Source of the DNA: Haloferax volcanii DS2
GTDB lineage: Archaea > Halobacteriota > Halobacteria > Halobacteriales > Haloferacaceae
Assembly: GCF_000025685.1 (NCBI RefSeq)
Contig: NC_013966.1
Span: forward strand, 30,001 to 62,000
Direction: 5' to 3'
Length of the DNA stretch: 32,000 nt
The first letter of the stretch is position 1, and each line of letters begins with the position of its first letter. A program made the position numbers and the translations under genes. A model generated the notes under the pieces. It saw only the letters and a program-made list of their open reading frames with translations. It was not told the DNA's origin and did not search any database. This document shows, one piece after another, positions 1-9,045 of this stretch.

Positions 1-357
1 CACCACGAGGCGTTCTTCGTGGTGTCGACGACGTTCGAGGTGACCGCCTATCGGACGCTGTGGTTCGGGCTCCAGTACGACTCGGAGACGGTCGAACAGG
101 GAGAGACAGTCGGGAACGGCGCGCTCGCGACGGTGCGCTGGTACGACGGCGAGCCGGTCGGCGACGGCCACCTGCAGGGCCAGTTCGCGGCCCTCAAAGA
201 CGTCGTCGGCGATATGCTCGACAAGGGCGTCTTCACGCCGTCGACGGCGAGACAGTACCTGAAACGGAAGCTGGCCGAGCGGGTCGGAGACCGACAGGAG
301 CTACTCATTCCGACCGGGGAATCACCCTTCGAGAAGGCGAGCCTAAATCACTCCTAG
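1..357 (+). CDS. hypothetical protein, 5' end outside window
   Basis: Frame 1 is open from base 1 (HHEAFFVVSTTFEV...) to TAG at 355-357. Composition is acidic and haloarchaeal in type. A T-tract cassette copy follows 27 nt later. Confidence 0.6.
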   Translation, partial: HHEAFFVVSTTFEVTAYRTLWFGLQYDSETVEQGETVGNGALATVRWYDGEPVGDGHLQGQFAALKDVVGDMLDKGVFTPSTARQYLKRKLAERVGDRQELLIPTGESPFEKASLNHS

Positions 358-382
358 TTCGGTCTGCTTCGTGGCCGCTGCT

Positions 383-423
383 GTTTTTCAGAGACCGGAA
401 TGGGTGAGCCCCGCCGTAGGCTC
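383..423 (+). promoter_or_regulatory. intergenic T-tract / GAAtGGGTG cassette, copy 1 (hairpin displaced: GAGCC 406-410 / GGCTC 419-423)
   Basis: The sequence is ctgTTTTTCagagaccgGAAtGGGTGagccccgccgtaggctc. It lies between the stop at 357 and the ATG at 432 and shares the TTTTTC...GAAGGGTG pattern with 9 other intergenic sites. Confidence 0.5.
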
Positions 424-431
424 GTGATTCG

Positions 432-848
432 ATGACCTCAGACGACGATCCATTCCACGACTGCGAGTTGGACCCCGAGGCAATCCTCGGGGCACACACA
501 TTCGAAGACGTCCTGTTCACCGACGACACGGAAGCCCCGGTGAACGTGCTCACCGGCGAGACACCAGCACATTCGCAAGCAACCGTCGAGGAAGCGAAGG
601 AGTTCGCTGCGAGTATCGACACGGAGACGCCCCAGATCGCGCTCCCGGCGTCGGTGGAGACGCAAATCGAGAGGCAGAGCAAGCCCTACACGTCGGCTGC
701 GTTCTTCCACTTCAAGGCGACAGGCTCACTCGAGCGTCACCGCGCCTACCACGCCGCCTACGACTCGGACGCGTTCACCGTCGACTTCGAAGCGGACTAC
801 GAATCCGGGAATCTGACCATCACTGTCGACCGAGCGGACAAATCCTGA
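432..848 (+). CDS. hypothetical acidic protein
   Basis: 138-aa ORF, D/E-rich, co-directional with its neighbours. I recognise no motif. Confidence 0.6.
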   Translation: MTSDDDPFHDCELDPEAILGAHTFEDVLFTDDTEAPVNVLTGETPAHSQATVEEAKEFAASIDTETPQIALPASVETQIERQSKPYTSAAFFHFKATGSLERHRAYHAAYDSDAFTVDFEADYESGNLTITVDRADKS

Positions 849-867
849 GACGCAACCACCAGGGCAG

Positions 868-899
868 GTTTTTCGAGCGCCGGCGATGGGTGCCGGCGC
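868..899 (+). promoter_or_regulatory. intergenic T-tract / hairpin cassette, copy 2
   Basis: gTTTTTCga is followed by a perfect 8-bp stem, GCGCCGGC (877-884) / GCCGGCGC (892-899), with loop gatgggt. The T-tract starts 21 nt after the stop at 848. Confidence 0.55.
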
Positions 900-954
900 A
901 GCAGGAGCGAGCGAGCAACGACTCCGGGTGCGTTGGCGTTTCGAGGTGTTCGAG

Positions 955-1446
955 ATGCACATGGTAATTTACTCCCTCGTAGAGGCATCGACCCACGACG
1001 ACGCGCTGGCCACCGGAAAGACGGTGTTCGACCGACTGGTCGGCGCGGACCCACACGCCGGCGCCGTCTTCGACTACTACGTGACTTTCGAGGAGGAGGA
1101 CACGTCCGTTGCGGGCAAAGCGCGGTGGGGCGAGCTTCCGACTGCGGTTCCTGTCGACTCCGACGACGGCCAGGACCTGCTCGAGCGTGGGTGGGAGGCG
1201 ACGAAAGAAGAGTTCGAGCGCAATCTCGACCGGGTGAAAGAGGCCATCGAGGAGCTCTCCGACGAGGAGATCATGCGCGATGAGGACCTCGCTCGGCACG
1301 CGTTCCATCAAGTCGGCGCGTACGACGGTCCGTCGGTGTTCCTGTACACCGAACACGCAACCGGCATTCGCCACCGTGGACAGCTGGATCGACTCCTCGA
1401 AGAGAGTGAAGAACTCTGGATCGTGCCCGCTGACGTCCACTTCTGA
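955..1446 (+). CDS. hypothetical protein
   Basis: The ORF track gives 886-1446. The first 23 codons overlap the cassette hairpin and are Arg/Ala-rich, so ATG 955 (or 961) is the more plausible start. The rest (MHMVIYSLVEASTHDD...) looks like genuine acidic protein. Confidence 0.6.
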   Translation: MHMVIYSLVEASTHDDALATGKTVFDRLVGADPHAGAVFDYYVTFEEEDTSVAGKARWGELPTAVPVDSDDGQDLLERGWEATKEEFERNLDRVKEAIEELSDEEIMRDEDLARHAFHQVGAYDGPSVFLYTEHATGIRHRGQLDRLLEESEELWIVPADVHF

Positions 1447-1449
1447 ATA

Positions 1450-1815
1450 ATGCCCCGCATCACCAACTGGCGACGCGAGAGCCGCTCGCCGACACTCGCG
1501 TATCGGAACACCGAGACCGGTGCGCGAGCCGTCCTGCATCGAGCGCCGGACTCCGACCGGTACAAATGGCGTGGGGCAATCCTCGTCGACGGCTACCCGG
1601 TCTGGTCACATGGGTACGAGATGAAAGACGCGAAGTCGTTCCGTAACGAGCTCCGGAAACGGCCATCGCCCGAACTGAGTTGTCCGGAATGTCTCCACGA
1701 CGACATTGTTGTCGGTGGAAAGTCGGCTGACGGCGCGAAAGTCCAGCGCTGGTTCGAGTGCCGAAATTGTGGATACGAATCCCCCTCCTGCCTCGTCTAC
1801 GGTGCCGAGCGCTAG
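1450..1815 (+). CDS. hypothetical protein with C-terminal zinc ribbon
   Basis: The ATG lies 3 nt after the upstream stop, suggesting an operon. The C-terminus has CPEC...CRNC (CxxC-x26-CxxC). Confidence 0.65.
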   Translation: MPRITNWRRESRSPTLAYRNTETGARAVLHRAPDSDRYKWRGAILVDGYPVWSHGYEMKDAKSFRNELRKRPSPELSCPECLHDDIVVGGKSADGAKVQRWFECRNCGYESPSCLVYGAER

Positions 1816-1899
1816 CCTATTGCACTGGATTCACTCTAAAGAGAGAGAGATTGTCTACCAGCTTACGAATGGGTGCCTTGATCGAGACAGGGGTATCCA

Positions 1900-3084
1900 T
1901 TAAAAAAGCGAGTCGAGTTCGTCGGCATCATCTCCAAGAATCGATTCGAGATGGCGATCCGAGGAACCCGTCCTCTCCGCGCCCGTGGTCTGTGCTTCAC
2001 TTCCGATTGATCGCAATTCGTGAAGTCGATCAGCGCCGGAAATACCAGAGAACAGAACAACGACCGCGACCGTGTTCGACTCTGGAAGTGGGTAGTCACC
2101 ACCCCGTATCGAAAGACACCCGGTTTGCTCTTCTACCCATGTTCGCCCACGTTCGATTCCTTTTCGATTGAGACAGTCACTGGGACCAGCGACAATAACG
2201 AGACCGCGGTCAATCGAGACGTTGGCGGGTTCGACTGGGAGGGTGAGACGACCAAGGGTTGCACGGCGAACGAGACTTGTTATCCGATTCGTTCCCCCAG
2301 CTGAATCCGTGGAAGACTCACGCTTAAATCGGGAGAGGAGACCGGCTGCCTCAGCACCATCCTCCTCCTCGAGTGACTGGGAGGCATATCCGAGTGTGGA
2401 GACACCACCCCCCTTGAGAGTATTTATGATTTCGCTTGCATCGACGACACTTTCTGGATTCGCGGTTCCCGTGTCAATGTCACCCGCTCCGAAGAGGACG
2501 CCAAGGCGAGTCGCGAGCTCACGATTGATCGCTGCGTATCCGCCCGTCAGTGACTCGTTTGCCTGTCGATGGGCGTCGTTATCGAAGATAAGGAGGTTGT
2601 CCAGTTCCCGGACAGCAGTCTGTAAGGAGCGAGCGGCGTTGAGTGAATAGAGCCCGCCTTCATTGGTGCTCGGGAGGATGCCGAGTCCATAGACCGGCTC
2701 AGTATACAGCTGCTTGAGGTGCCGGCCGACGACGGGAAGGGCACCACTTCCCGTCCCTCCACCGAGGGCAGCGACGAGGAGAAACGCATCGATTTCATGT
2801 ACAGAGATCGTATCGATGACGTGCTGGATTTCGGTGATATCTTCGGTGGTGATTGTGGCACCAAGCTCGTTATCGCCACCGACACCTTGCCCGCCGACCT
2901 GTGACTTCCCGATGAGCACCCGTGCGTCCGCTGGAATATGCTCGAGTGCATTGAGATCAGCCGTTGCTGTATTGACCGTGAGTGCATCATGGACGATGTG
3001 GCAGTTCGTTCGCTGATCGTACTCAAGGAGGGCATCAACGATTTTCCCGCCCGCTTGGCCGAGACCGACGACGCCGAGTTTCAT
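1900..3084 (-). CDS. cetZ: CetZ-type tubulin/FtsZ-superfamily GTPase
   Basis: N-terminal GLGQAGGKIVD, tubulin signature GGGTGSG, an FDND segment, 394 aa, and an acidic C-terminal tail. It resembles haloarchaeal CetZ more than FtsZ. Confidence 0.85.
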   Translation of the reverse strand: MKLGVVGLGQAGGKIVDALLEYDQRTNCHIVHDALTVNTATADLNALEHIPADARVLIGKSQVGGQGVGGDNELGATITTEDITEIQHVIDTISVHEIDAFLLVAALGGGTGSGALPVVGRHLKQLYTEPVYGLGILPSTNEGGLYSLNAARSLQTAVRELDNLLIFDNDAHRQANESLTGGYAAINRELATRLGVLFGAGDIDTGTANPESVVDASEIINTLKGGGVSTLGYASQSLEEEDGAEAAGLLSRFKRESSTDSAGGTNRITSLVRRATLGRLTLPVEPANVSIDRGLVIVAGPSDCLNRKGIERGRTWVEEQTGCLSIRGGDYPLPESNTVAVVVLFSGISGADRLHELRSIGSEAQTTGAERTGSSDRHLESILGDDADELDSLF

Positions 3085-3277
3085 ATGGGACCACCCTACC
3101 TACCCGGTAGCAGCTTGTAAAGCCAGTTTCCCGGTTTCGGGTAGTGAAACGGTGTACATCTCGGTTGTTAACTCGATGAGTTCCGCTCTCTCGAGTCTTC
3201 GGTCACGAAGTGTGGCCCTTCGATCCGGTTTACAGGTGGTCGGAGCGAATACACCGGGGCTTGACCCCCGAGGCGAT

Positions 3278-3661
3278 TCACTGGTCAGAAATTCGGTCAT
3301 CGTCCCCGGATTTTCGAACCGCCGAAGGTAACCGGTTAATACAATTGTGGCAGTATCGATATCCGACGGGATTCCGTGCGCTACAGTTTTGGCAGACAAC
3401 AACCCAGTCATCTGCTTTTGAGGTATCCTGTTGCACCTTCCGTGCTTTGACCGCGATAGCAGGATGGGAATGGCGGCGACGTCGTAGACGGGGGAGTACG
3501 AAGAAATACCCGAAGACGAGCAGTACACCGATCGCAACAAGGGCGATTTTGGTTTCATCCGAGACCGTGATTTCGGACATCCATTGGCGAACAGAACGAA
3601 CGAACTCAGTCAGCATTTCGTCTAGAAGTGAAAGCTTCGATATGACGTCCTGCACGGGCAC
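3278..3661 (-). CDS. membrane-anchored zinc-ribbon protein
   Basis: One central TM helix (IALVAIGVLLVFGYFFVL) is followed by an RRRR stop-transfer and then CQNC...CHNC. It lies upstream of cetZ on the same strand. Confidence 0.65.
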   Translation of the reverse strand: MPVQDVISKLSLLDEMLTEFVRSVRQWMSEITVSDETKIALVAIGVLLVFGYFFVLPRLRRRRHSHPAIAVKARKVQQDTSKADDWVVVCQNCSARNPVGYRYCHNCINRLPSAVRKSGDDDRISDQ

Positions 3662-3977
3662 TATTCGTGCAATCGTTCGCCAATGGTATCTCCGTTAAGC
3701 ACGGTTTCGGATAGCGAAGCCCAGAGTCCCATTAACAAGGACTAAACTCAACGGTCGAATTGGGTATCTATGATATCCGGAAACCCACGGTGAACGGAGA
3801 TCACGATACCTCAAAAGCCGGTTGAAAACAGATTAGAGGTACCCTTCGATTCGTCGTGCCCACCCCTCGTCTGTAGCTCCCTTCCCCACCCCTGCCCCTT
3901 TCCACTACGGAACTCGACACTATTAGGAAAGATTGATACGACAACCGTAGCAAAAGCTGAATACGAACGGTTGCGGG

Positions 3978-4475
3978 ATGTCTTCGGACCGTGAAGCCCA
4001 TCCCGCAATCGTACATACGCGGGGAAGCAACGCAGAGGTGGCATGGACTGTGAGCAAAGAATGGGAGCCAGAGAACGTGTTCGACGTCCTCGGAAGCGAG
4101 GTTGCTCGGCAAATTCTTGCGTTAGCCAGCCTCAAACCCCTGTCAGCCACCGAACTCGCCGAACACTGTGGAGTCTCGGAGCCAACGATCTATCGACGGA
4201 TTCACGCGCTCCAGGAATATGATATGCTGGACGAACAGTTGGAACTCGACGATGAGGGCCATCACTACAAACGATTCAGAACGAGCCTCAAGGAGGCACG
4301 GTTCCAGGTTGATGAAGGACAGTTCGATATCGATATCCAGCTCAAGAAAGACTACTCCGACAAGTTCTCGGATTTCTGGAACGATCTCGAAAAGGGAGCA
4401 AAAGAGGTCTCGAACGATACGACCACAGATTCTCGTCACCGTGATAGTTCGTCGTCTGATCTCAGTGGTGGATAA
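3978..4475 (+). CDS. ArsR-like winged helix-turn-helix transcription regulator
   Basis: VFDVLGSEVARQILALASLKPLSATELAEHCGVSEPTIYRRIHALQEYDML is a typical ArsR/wHTH core. The tail is acidic. Confidence 0.7.
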   Translation: MSSDREAHPAIVHTRGSNAEVAWTVSKEWEPENVFDVLGSEVARQILALASLKPLSATELAEHCGVSEPTIYRRIHALQEYDMLDEQLELDDEGHHYKRFRTSLKEARFQVDEGQFDIDIQLKKDYSDKFSDFWNDLEKGAKEVSNDTTTDSRHRDSSSSDLSGG

Positions 4476-4477
4476 TC

Positions 4478-4780
4478 ATGGCTGAGCCGCCGGAGTTCTG
4501 GAGTTTCCTCGTAGCCAATTCACTCCTGTTCATCGCCGGAGGAAGCTTGACCGCGCTCAGCTATCGTGCCTACCTCCGCGTCCAACAATACAGCCTCCGC
4601 CTCGCAGCAGGAGGCTTCGCACTCATCACTCTCGGTGGCCTCCTCGACATCATCTATCAGCTCGGTGTTCGGCAAGATTATAGTCTCGGTGCTCGTGAAT
4701 CGCTTGCGCTTCAAACGCTTGATAGCCTGGTTATTACTGCAGGGCTCGTCGTTATTTTCTATGCCCTATCTCGCTACTGA
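4478..4780 (+). CDS. small integral membrane protein (3 predicted TM)
   Basis: The ATG lies 2 nt after the stop of the wHTH gene, indicating coupling. There are three hydrophobic segments. Confidence 0.65.
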   Translation: MAEPPEFWSFLVANSLLFIAGGSLTALSYRAYLRVQQYSLRLAAGGFALITLGGLLDIIYQLGVRQDYSLGARESLALQTLDSLVITAGLVVIFYALSRY

Positions 4781-4843
4781 CTGTTTACAAGGGAAGGCTG
4801 TCGGACGCTCTGTTTCGGACTTGGTTGATTATCACCCGTTGGA

Positions 4844-5500
4844 TTAGTCAGTTGTCGTAGGTGGGGGTGCGTTCGATGATCGGTCATCTTCATTTGGAGC
4901 ATCCGGTTGTGGCGCTTCTCCAAACCCGCAACTGATAATTCGGATGAGGGCATCCTCAGTGGATTCATCGAGTTCTGTTACGTCCTCCGTCTCAAGTTCA
5001 ACGACAAACCCTGTTGTGATGTTCGGTGCCGTCGGAATGAACACTACATCACGTCCATCCGACGCACGATTTCCAGTCTTGAATCCAGTCATATACATCC
5101 CGGGCCACGTTTCAACTCGCACTGGCGTGCGTAGGTGGTCAGTGCCGTCAACAACCGTCTCGATTCCCATTTTCGAGGCGTTATAGACGATTCGCAATCC
5201 AGGGATACGATTCACGAGCGTATCCAGTGTGGCTTCAACGATTGTTCCAGTCGTCGTCCGCATTAATGAGCCGGTGACCAAGACGAGCCCAGCGAACCCG
5301 GCGAGAACAATTGCGACGCGAACGATTGGTAGCTGCACAGCATTCAATACCGGGAAACTGGCAAGTACACTGTATATCCATATGACAACATACGCTATGA
5401 CGAGAAGCGGAGCAAGAACAACAAGACCACTCGCCGCATCTCCTCGCCACGTTGTGAGCCGGCCAGGCATATAATTAATCCAGACACCCCCAGCAGTCAT
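4844..5500 (-). CDS. DUF502-family membrane protein
   Basis: Two N-terminal TM helices are followed by NRIPGLRIVYNASK, a GFKTG segment, VFIPTAPNITTGFVVE and a C-terminal IISCG. All are characteristic DUF502 blocks. The start could instead be the internal Met 10 codons downstream. Confidence 0.75.
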   Translation of the reverse strand: MTAGGVWINYMPGRLTTWRGDAASGLVVLAPLLVIAYVVIWIYSVLASFPVLNAVQLPIVRVAIVLAGFAGLVLVTGSLMRTTTGTIVEATLDTLVNRIPGLRIVYNASKMGIETVVDGTDHLRTPVRVETWPGMYMTGFKTGNRASDGRDVVFIPTAPNITTGFVVELETEDVTELDESTEDALIRIISCGFGEAPQPDAPNEDDRSSNAPPPTTTD

Positions 5501-5743
5501 CGCGTTTAGTAGAGATGAGAGTCATGACGTGAGACGGCAAAATATCCACATCGATTTCTTGGAGTGAATTGGCCCTGCTACCGGATCGAAAGCAGAGATG
5601 AGTCATAATTCCTCGTTCATAGTTTCATTCCCCGAAAGCTAGGTACCACATAGCGACCAGCTTCTCGGTGGCTCCCACAGTTTCGGTATATGTAACTCTC
5701 CGTTTCCTTCCTTATCAGCACAACGTGAGGTCCCACGTGGACG

Positions 5744-6763
5744 ATGAACGGAAGAAAACTTGTTACTAGCCTCGTAGTCATAATGCTCTTGGTGGGCGCA
5801 ACGCCAATGGGCGCCCTTGCGCAGGGAGCGTCAGATCCCCAGCCAGTACTACTGGACCAAGATACGACCCACATTGCAGACATCACTGTTGACGGACAAC
5901 AGTACAGCGTCTACGAACACAAGAACGTCTTCTCCTGGGCCAGTGGCATCGACATCTACACGAATGGTGAGCGTGTCACCTCGGAATCGACTGCTGAAGC
6001 GGTCCTGACAGCACTCGCACAACGACGGGCCGTCCAAGATCTCGGAGCGGAGGACATCAGTCAACTCCGTACGACGTCACAGAACACCAGCACGGCAGCA
6101 ACCAACGTATCATCGACGGCCACTGCGATCAACGAGACGCTCGTGTACATGGAGCGGATGAAAACGGTCCGCGAAAACGGGACGACGGTCTATAACGCGT
6201 CAGTCGAGGCAGCACCCCAGATCACCGAATTCAACGAAACCGCACGCGAACTGCACCCGCAACTTCGCTCCTTCGAGAACGCTTCGACCGCGTACCGGTC
6301 GAATGCGACAGCCCTCATCGACCTGCTCGAGCAGCGGGAGAACGGAACTGACGTCGATCCCCAGCGGCTCTACGCTCAGTACGCGGCGACACTCAACGCG
6401 AAAAACGACGTTTCGGATCATCTTGGGTTCAGCAGTATCGCCGAGCCGCTCGGCGAGGTGGCCAGCACCAGTGAGACCATCGCGATGAACGTCTCGTCAG
6501 TTCCCGAACGCGGAAACGGAACGGCACAACACTTCTGGCGGGTTCACAACGAATCGACTGTCGCTGCAAACCAAACCGCAGCACTCCGCCTCGACGACTT
6601 CGAATTCGACGATGTCCAAGACCGGGCCGAATCACTCGAAGAGGACTGGATGGAAGACTGGGACGAACGGCGGAGTCCCGCGTCCACAGTCTATCAGTCG
6701 ATAGCTGCTATCGTAGTTGGTATTGCTGCAGTGGGTGGATACATCGCCTGGCGTCGACGCTAA
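5744..6763 (+). CDS. secreted, C-terminally membrane-anchored protein rich in N-glycosylation sequons
   Basis: There is a signal-peptide-like N-terminus (MNGRKLVTSLVVIMLLVGATPMGALAQG), about 13 N-x-S/T sequons and a C-terminal TM plus basic stop (IAAIVVGIAAVGGYIAWRRR). Confidence 0.7.
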   Translation: MNGRKLVTSLVVIMLLVGATPMGALAQGASDPQPVLLDQDTTHIADITVDGQQYSVYEHKNVFSWASGIDIYTNGERVTSESTAEAVLTALAQRRAVQDLGAEDISQLRTTSQNTSTAATNVSSTATAINETLVYMERMKTVRENGTTVYNASVEAAPQITEFNETARELHPQLRSFENASTAYRSNATALIDLLEQRENGTDVDPQRLYAQYAATLNAKNDVSDHLGFSSIAEPLGEVASTSETIAMNVSSVPERGNGTAQHFWRVHNESTVAANQTAALRLDDFEFDDVQDRAESLEEDWMEDWDERRSPASTVYQSIAAIVVGIAAVGGYIAWRRR

Positions 6764-6820
6764 TCTCGTCGCCCGCGCACTCAATCAACAACTGTATGAA
6801 TCGAGGCTGACGGGCTTAAC

Positions 6821-7042
6821 TCACTCCGATTGAGTGAGTTCGGACTCGTCGAGTCCACCATCGAAATCCCGCCCCAGAAACTCCTCGATATATGCTTTCC
6901 AGCACTCTGCACAGAGCCGTTCGAGACACGGCGGCTGTGGAGTGTTGACGAAATCTCGCCGAACAATTTCTGTGTGTTGTGTCGTGATCGGAAAGGCTGT
7001 TCCACAGCGCGAACACGTGTATGTCGTCAAATTTCGTTCCAT
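6821..7042 (-). CDS. small CxxC...CxxC zinc-finger protein
   Basis: MERNLTTYTCSRCGTAF...LCAECWKAY. The longer 148-aa ORF (to 7267) has a Ser/Arg-rich upstream part that looks non-coding, so the internal ATG at 7042 was chosen. Confidence 0.55.
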   Translation of the reverse strand: MERNLTTYTCSRCGTAFPITTQHTEIVRRDFVNTPQPPCLERLCAECWKAYIEEFLGRDFDGGLDESELTQSE

Positions 7043-7088
7043 ATTTTCACATCCGGATTTATCGCGGTTGGGTGGGTGAATCCTCTCC

Positions 7089-7340
7089 TTAGCGGTCTGA
7101 AGCAACGAATGTGGGAATGATAAATTCCCACATTGTCCAAGAGAACGCCCCAATAGTGATGAGCCAGAAGAGCAATCCGAGTAGTAAGAGTGGGAGACTC
7201 TCCTGAAGGCTCTCCGCGTACCATGACTGTGTATAGATGAGTAGAACCGTTCCACCACCAATACCACCCCAGTGGACGAGCACTTTGGTCAGCTGCTCGT
7301 CTACTAGAAGGGAGTTCGTCTGTTCTTCAGCAGTCGTCAT
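7089..7340 (-). CDS. small membrane protein (2 TM)
   Basis: The internal start MTTAEEQ... was chosen. There are two hydrophobic helices (GGIGGGTVLLIY; LPLLLLGLLFWLITIGAF). Confidence 0.5.
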   Translation of the reverse strand: MTTAEEQTNSLLVDEQLTKVLVHWGGIGGGTVLLIYTQSWYAESLQESLPLLLLGLLFWLITIGAFSWTMWEFIIPTFVASDR

Positions 7341-7547
7341 TTCGAGTGACTGTAACCGTCTATTGCCTTTGGATGTGGAGTTCGCCTTCAGAAGCCGAAG
7401 GAGAGAATCCGTGTTCTTCCCAGGAATATTCGAGACGAGCAAATTCCGACTGGAGGGGATTCAGTCGATAGACACTACTACCATTCCAGAACGGGTTCGT
7501 GTTGACTCACGCAGGCTCCGCGCATGCGTGAAGATGTAGTATTCGAC

Positions 7548-8603
7548 TCACTCTGAAGTAAACGAATAGCCAGTACGTGAGTTGCCATCGATTAGACCAG
7601 CACACTTCAGATCCTCTATTGCAGTGGTGAGGCGCTGGATAGACGGTGACGATCCTCTCTCAGCGAATAGAGAATACAGTTCATCAAGCGTCCAAGGACC
7701 GAGCCTGTCGTCGTGTGCGTGTTTCGCAAGCGAGTAGAAATCGAAACCATGAGTTCTCGATATCGTTAAGAGTTGGAGCGCCTGGAAAAGCGACTGGGTT
7801 TTCTGAGTCGCTTTGAACATCATCTTTTCTCGTATCGCATCGCCCATGATCAAGCCCCGCTCTTCCAGTTTCGAGAGCCGTTCGAGTGTTTTCTTTTGAT
7901 TCTTCGCTAACGCGGACGCTATTTCTTGTGGACGCACCCATTCATGTTTGGAGTTCACTAGATAGTGTACATCTTCAATCTCATATGGGGTATAAAACTC
8001 TGTTCCGTCGATTCCATCCCGAAACGCAACTGCTTCGCTTCCATCCCAGCCTAAATACCGCTCGACATCCAGTGACTCCAACGCTCGTTTGCCCGTATCG
8101 GTTACCCGATATCGCTTCGGGCTCTTCGAAAATGGTTCCCACCACCGCTCCAAGAACTCCTTTTCACGTAACCGTTCGGCAGCAGCCCGGACATTTGATC
8201 GCGAGCCCCCGAGCTGTTCACTGAGATCTGCAGCGTCGAAGGCGTTCACCTCGGTCGCAAACTCACAAATCGAGTACTGTTTCGCGGATCGTAACTCGCC
8301 GAGCGCAGAGACCAGATGTGGCTCTAACGCAATATCTGCGGGCTCATAGATACCATATCCCGTCTTCTCAATAAGACCGACGGTTTGTAGCTTGTCTAAT
8401 GTCGAATACGTAACTGATTTCGAGACGTCAAGGTCGCGCCGAATCGCTTTCGGTCTCGTCTCCTCGTGGGTAACGATGTACTCGTAGATCTCAGGTAACG
8501 CGCTCGGTTTGTGTGTGACGAGAACCGTTGGATCGAAGTCTGTCGCAGGCGTCTGTGTGGTTCCCTGCCGTCTCGGGTCAGTCGCCATAAGCGATCTATT
8601 CAC
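7548..8603 (-). CDS. multi-winged-helix DNA-binding protein (about four wHTH-like repeats)
   Basis: Four segments of about 70-80 aa each show a helix-turn-helix-wing pattern. Examples: AIRRDLDVSKSVTYSTLDKLQTVGLIEK; LSEQLGGSRSNVRAAAERLREKEFLER; IASALAKNQKKTLERLSKLEERGLIM; IQRLTTAIEDLKCAGLIDG. The region looks lower in GC (about 45% in a hand-counted 60-nt sample). Confidence 0.6.
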   Translation of the reverse strand: MNRSLMATDPRRQGTTQTPATDFDPTVLVTHKPSALPEIYEYIVTHEETRPKAIRRDLDVSKSVTYSTLDKLQTVGLIEKTGYGIYEPADIALEPHLVSALGELRSAKQYSICEFATEVNAFDAADLSEQLGGSRSNVRAAAERLREKEFLERWWEPFSKSPKRYRVTDTGKRALESLDVERYLGWDGSEAVAFRDGIDGTEFYTPYEIEDVHYLVNSKHEWVRPQEIASALAKNQKKTLERLSKLEERGLIMGDAIREKMMFKATQKTQSLFQALQLLTISRTHGFDFYSLAKHAHDDRLGPWTLDELYSLFAERGSSPSIQRLTTAIEDLKCAGLIDGNSRTGYSFTSE

Positions 8604-9045
8604 CCGAATTCGATGTTTCTACAAGATGTCTCAGCCCCAATTCACCGACCGGAGATGAGATAGTGGCACATAGTGGCATACCCTGATGGCCTGTTGGTGA
8701 GGTACAGTATGTAACTACGCTGGCTCAGTTTCGCGACGCGAAGCCAATGGTTCCTGCCTCTGCTCCGAATGTCCGGCAGTTGGGGCGATTACCTTAGCTT
8801 TACCCGAGGCGATTCATCAAAATCATCCGGACAACAGGCGTTAGAACCTCGATCCGAACTGGCGGTGTGAGTCCCCCTGCAGGCAGATAATTGCTCGTTG
8901 CTGACGGTGTGAAGATCACGGTTGTAGGGGTCAAATTTTTGATAGAGGATGTCGCATTCCTATTCCCACGAAATTCCCGTTACGCAGAAAGCCGTTGAAA
9001 TGACTGGCAGATAGCGATCGCATCATTATCGAAGGAAGTAATCTG

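Noticed and set aside
3100-3558. 152-aa minus-strand ORF overlapping 3278-3661
   Set aside because: The alternative frame (3278-3661) gives a coherent TM helix plus zinc-ribbon protein, whereas this one has no recognisable features and would overlap it almost completely.
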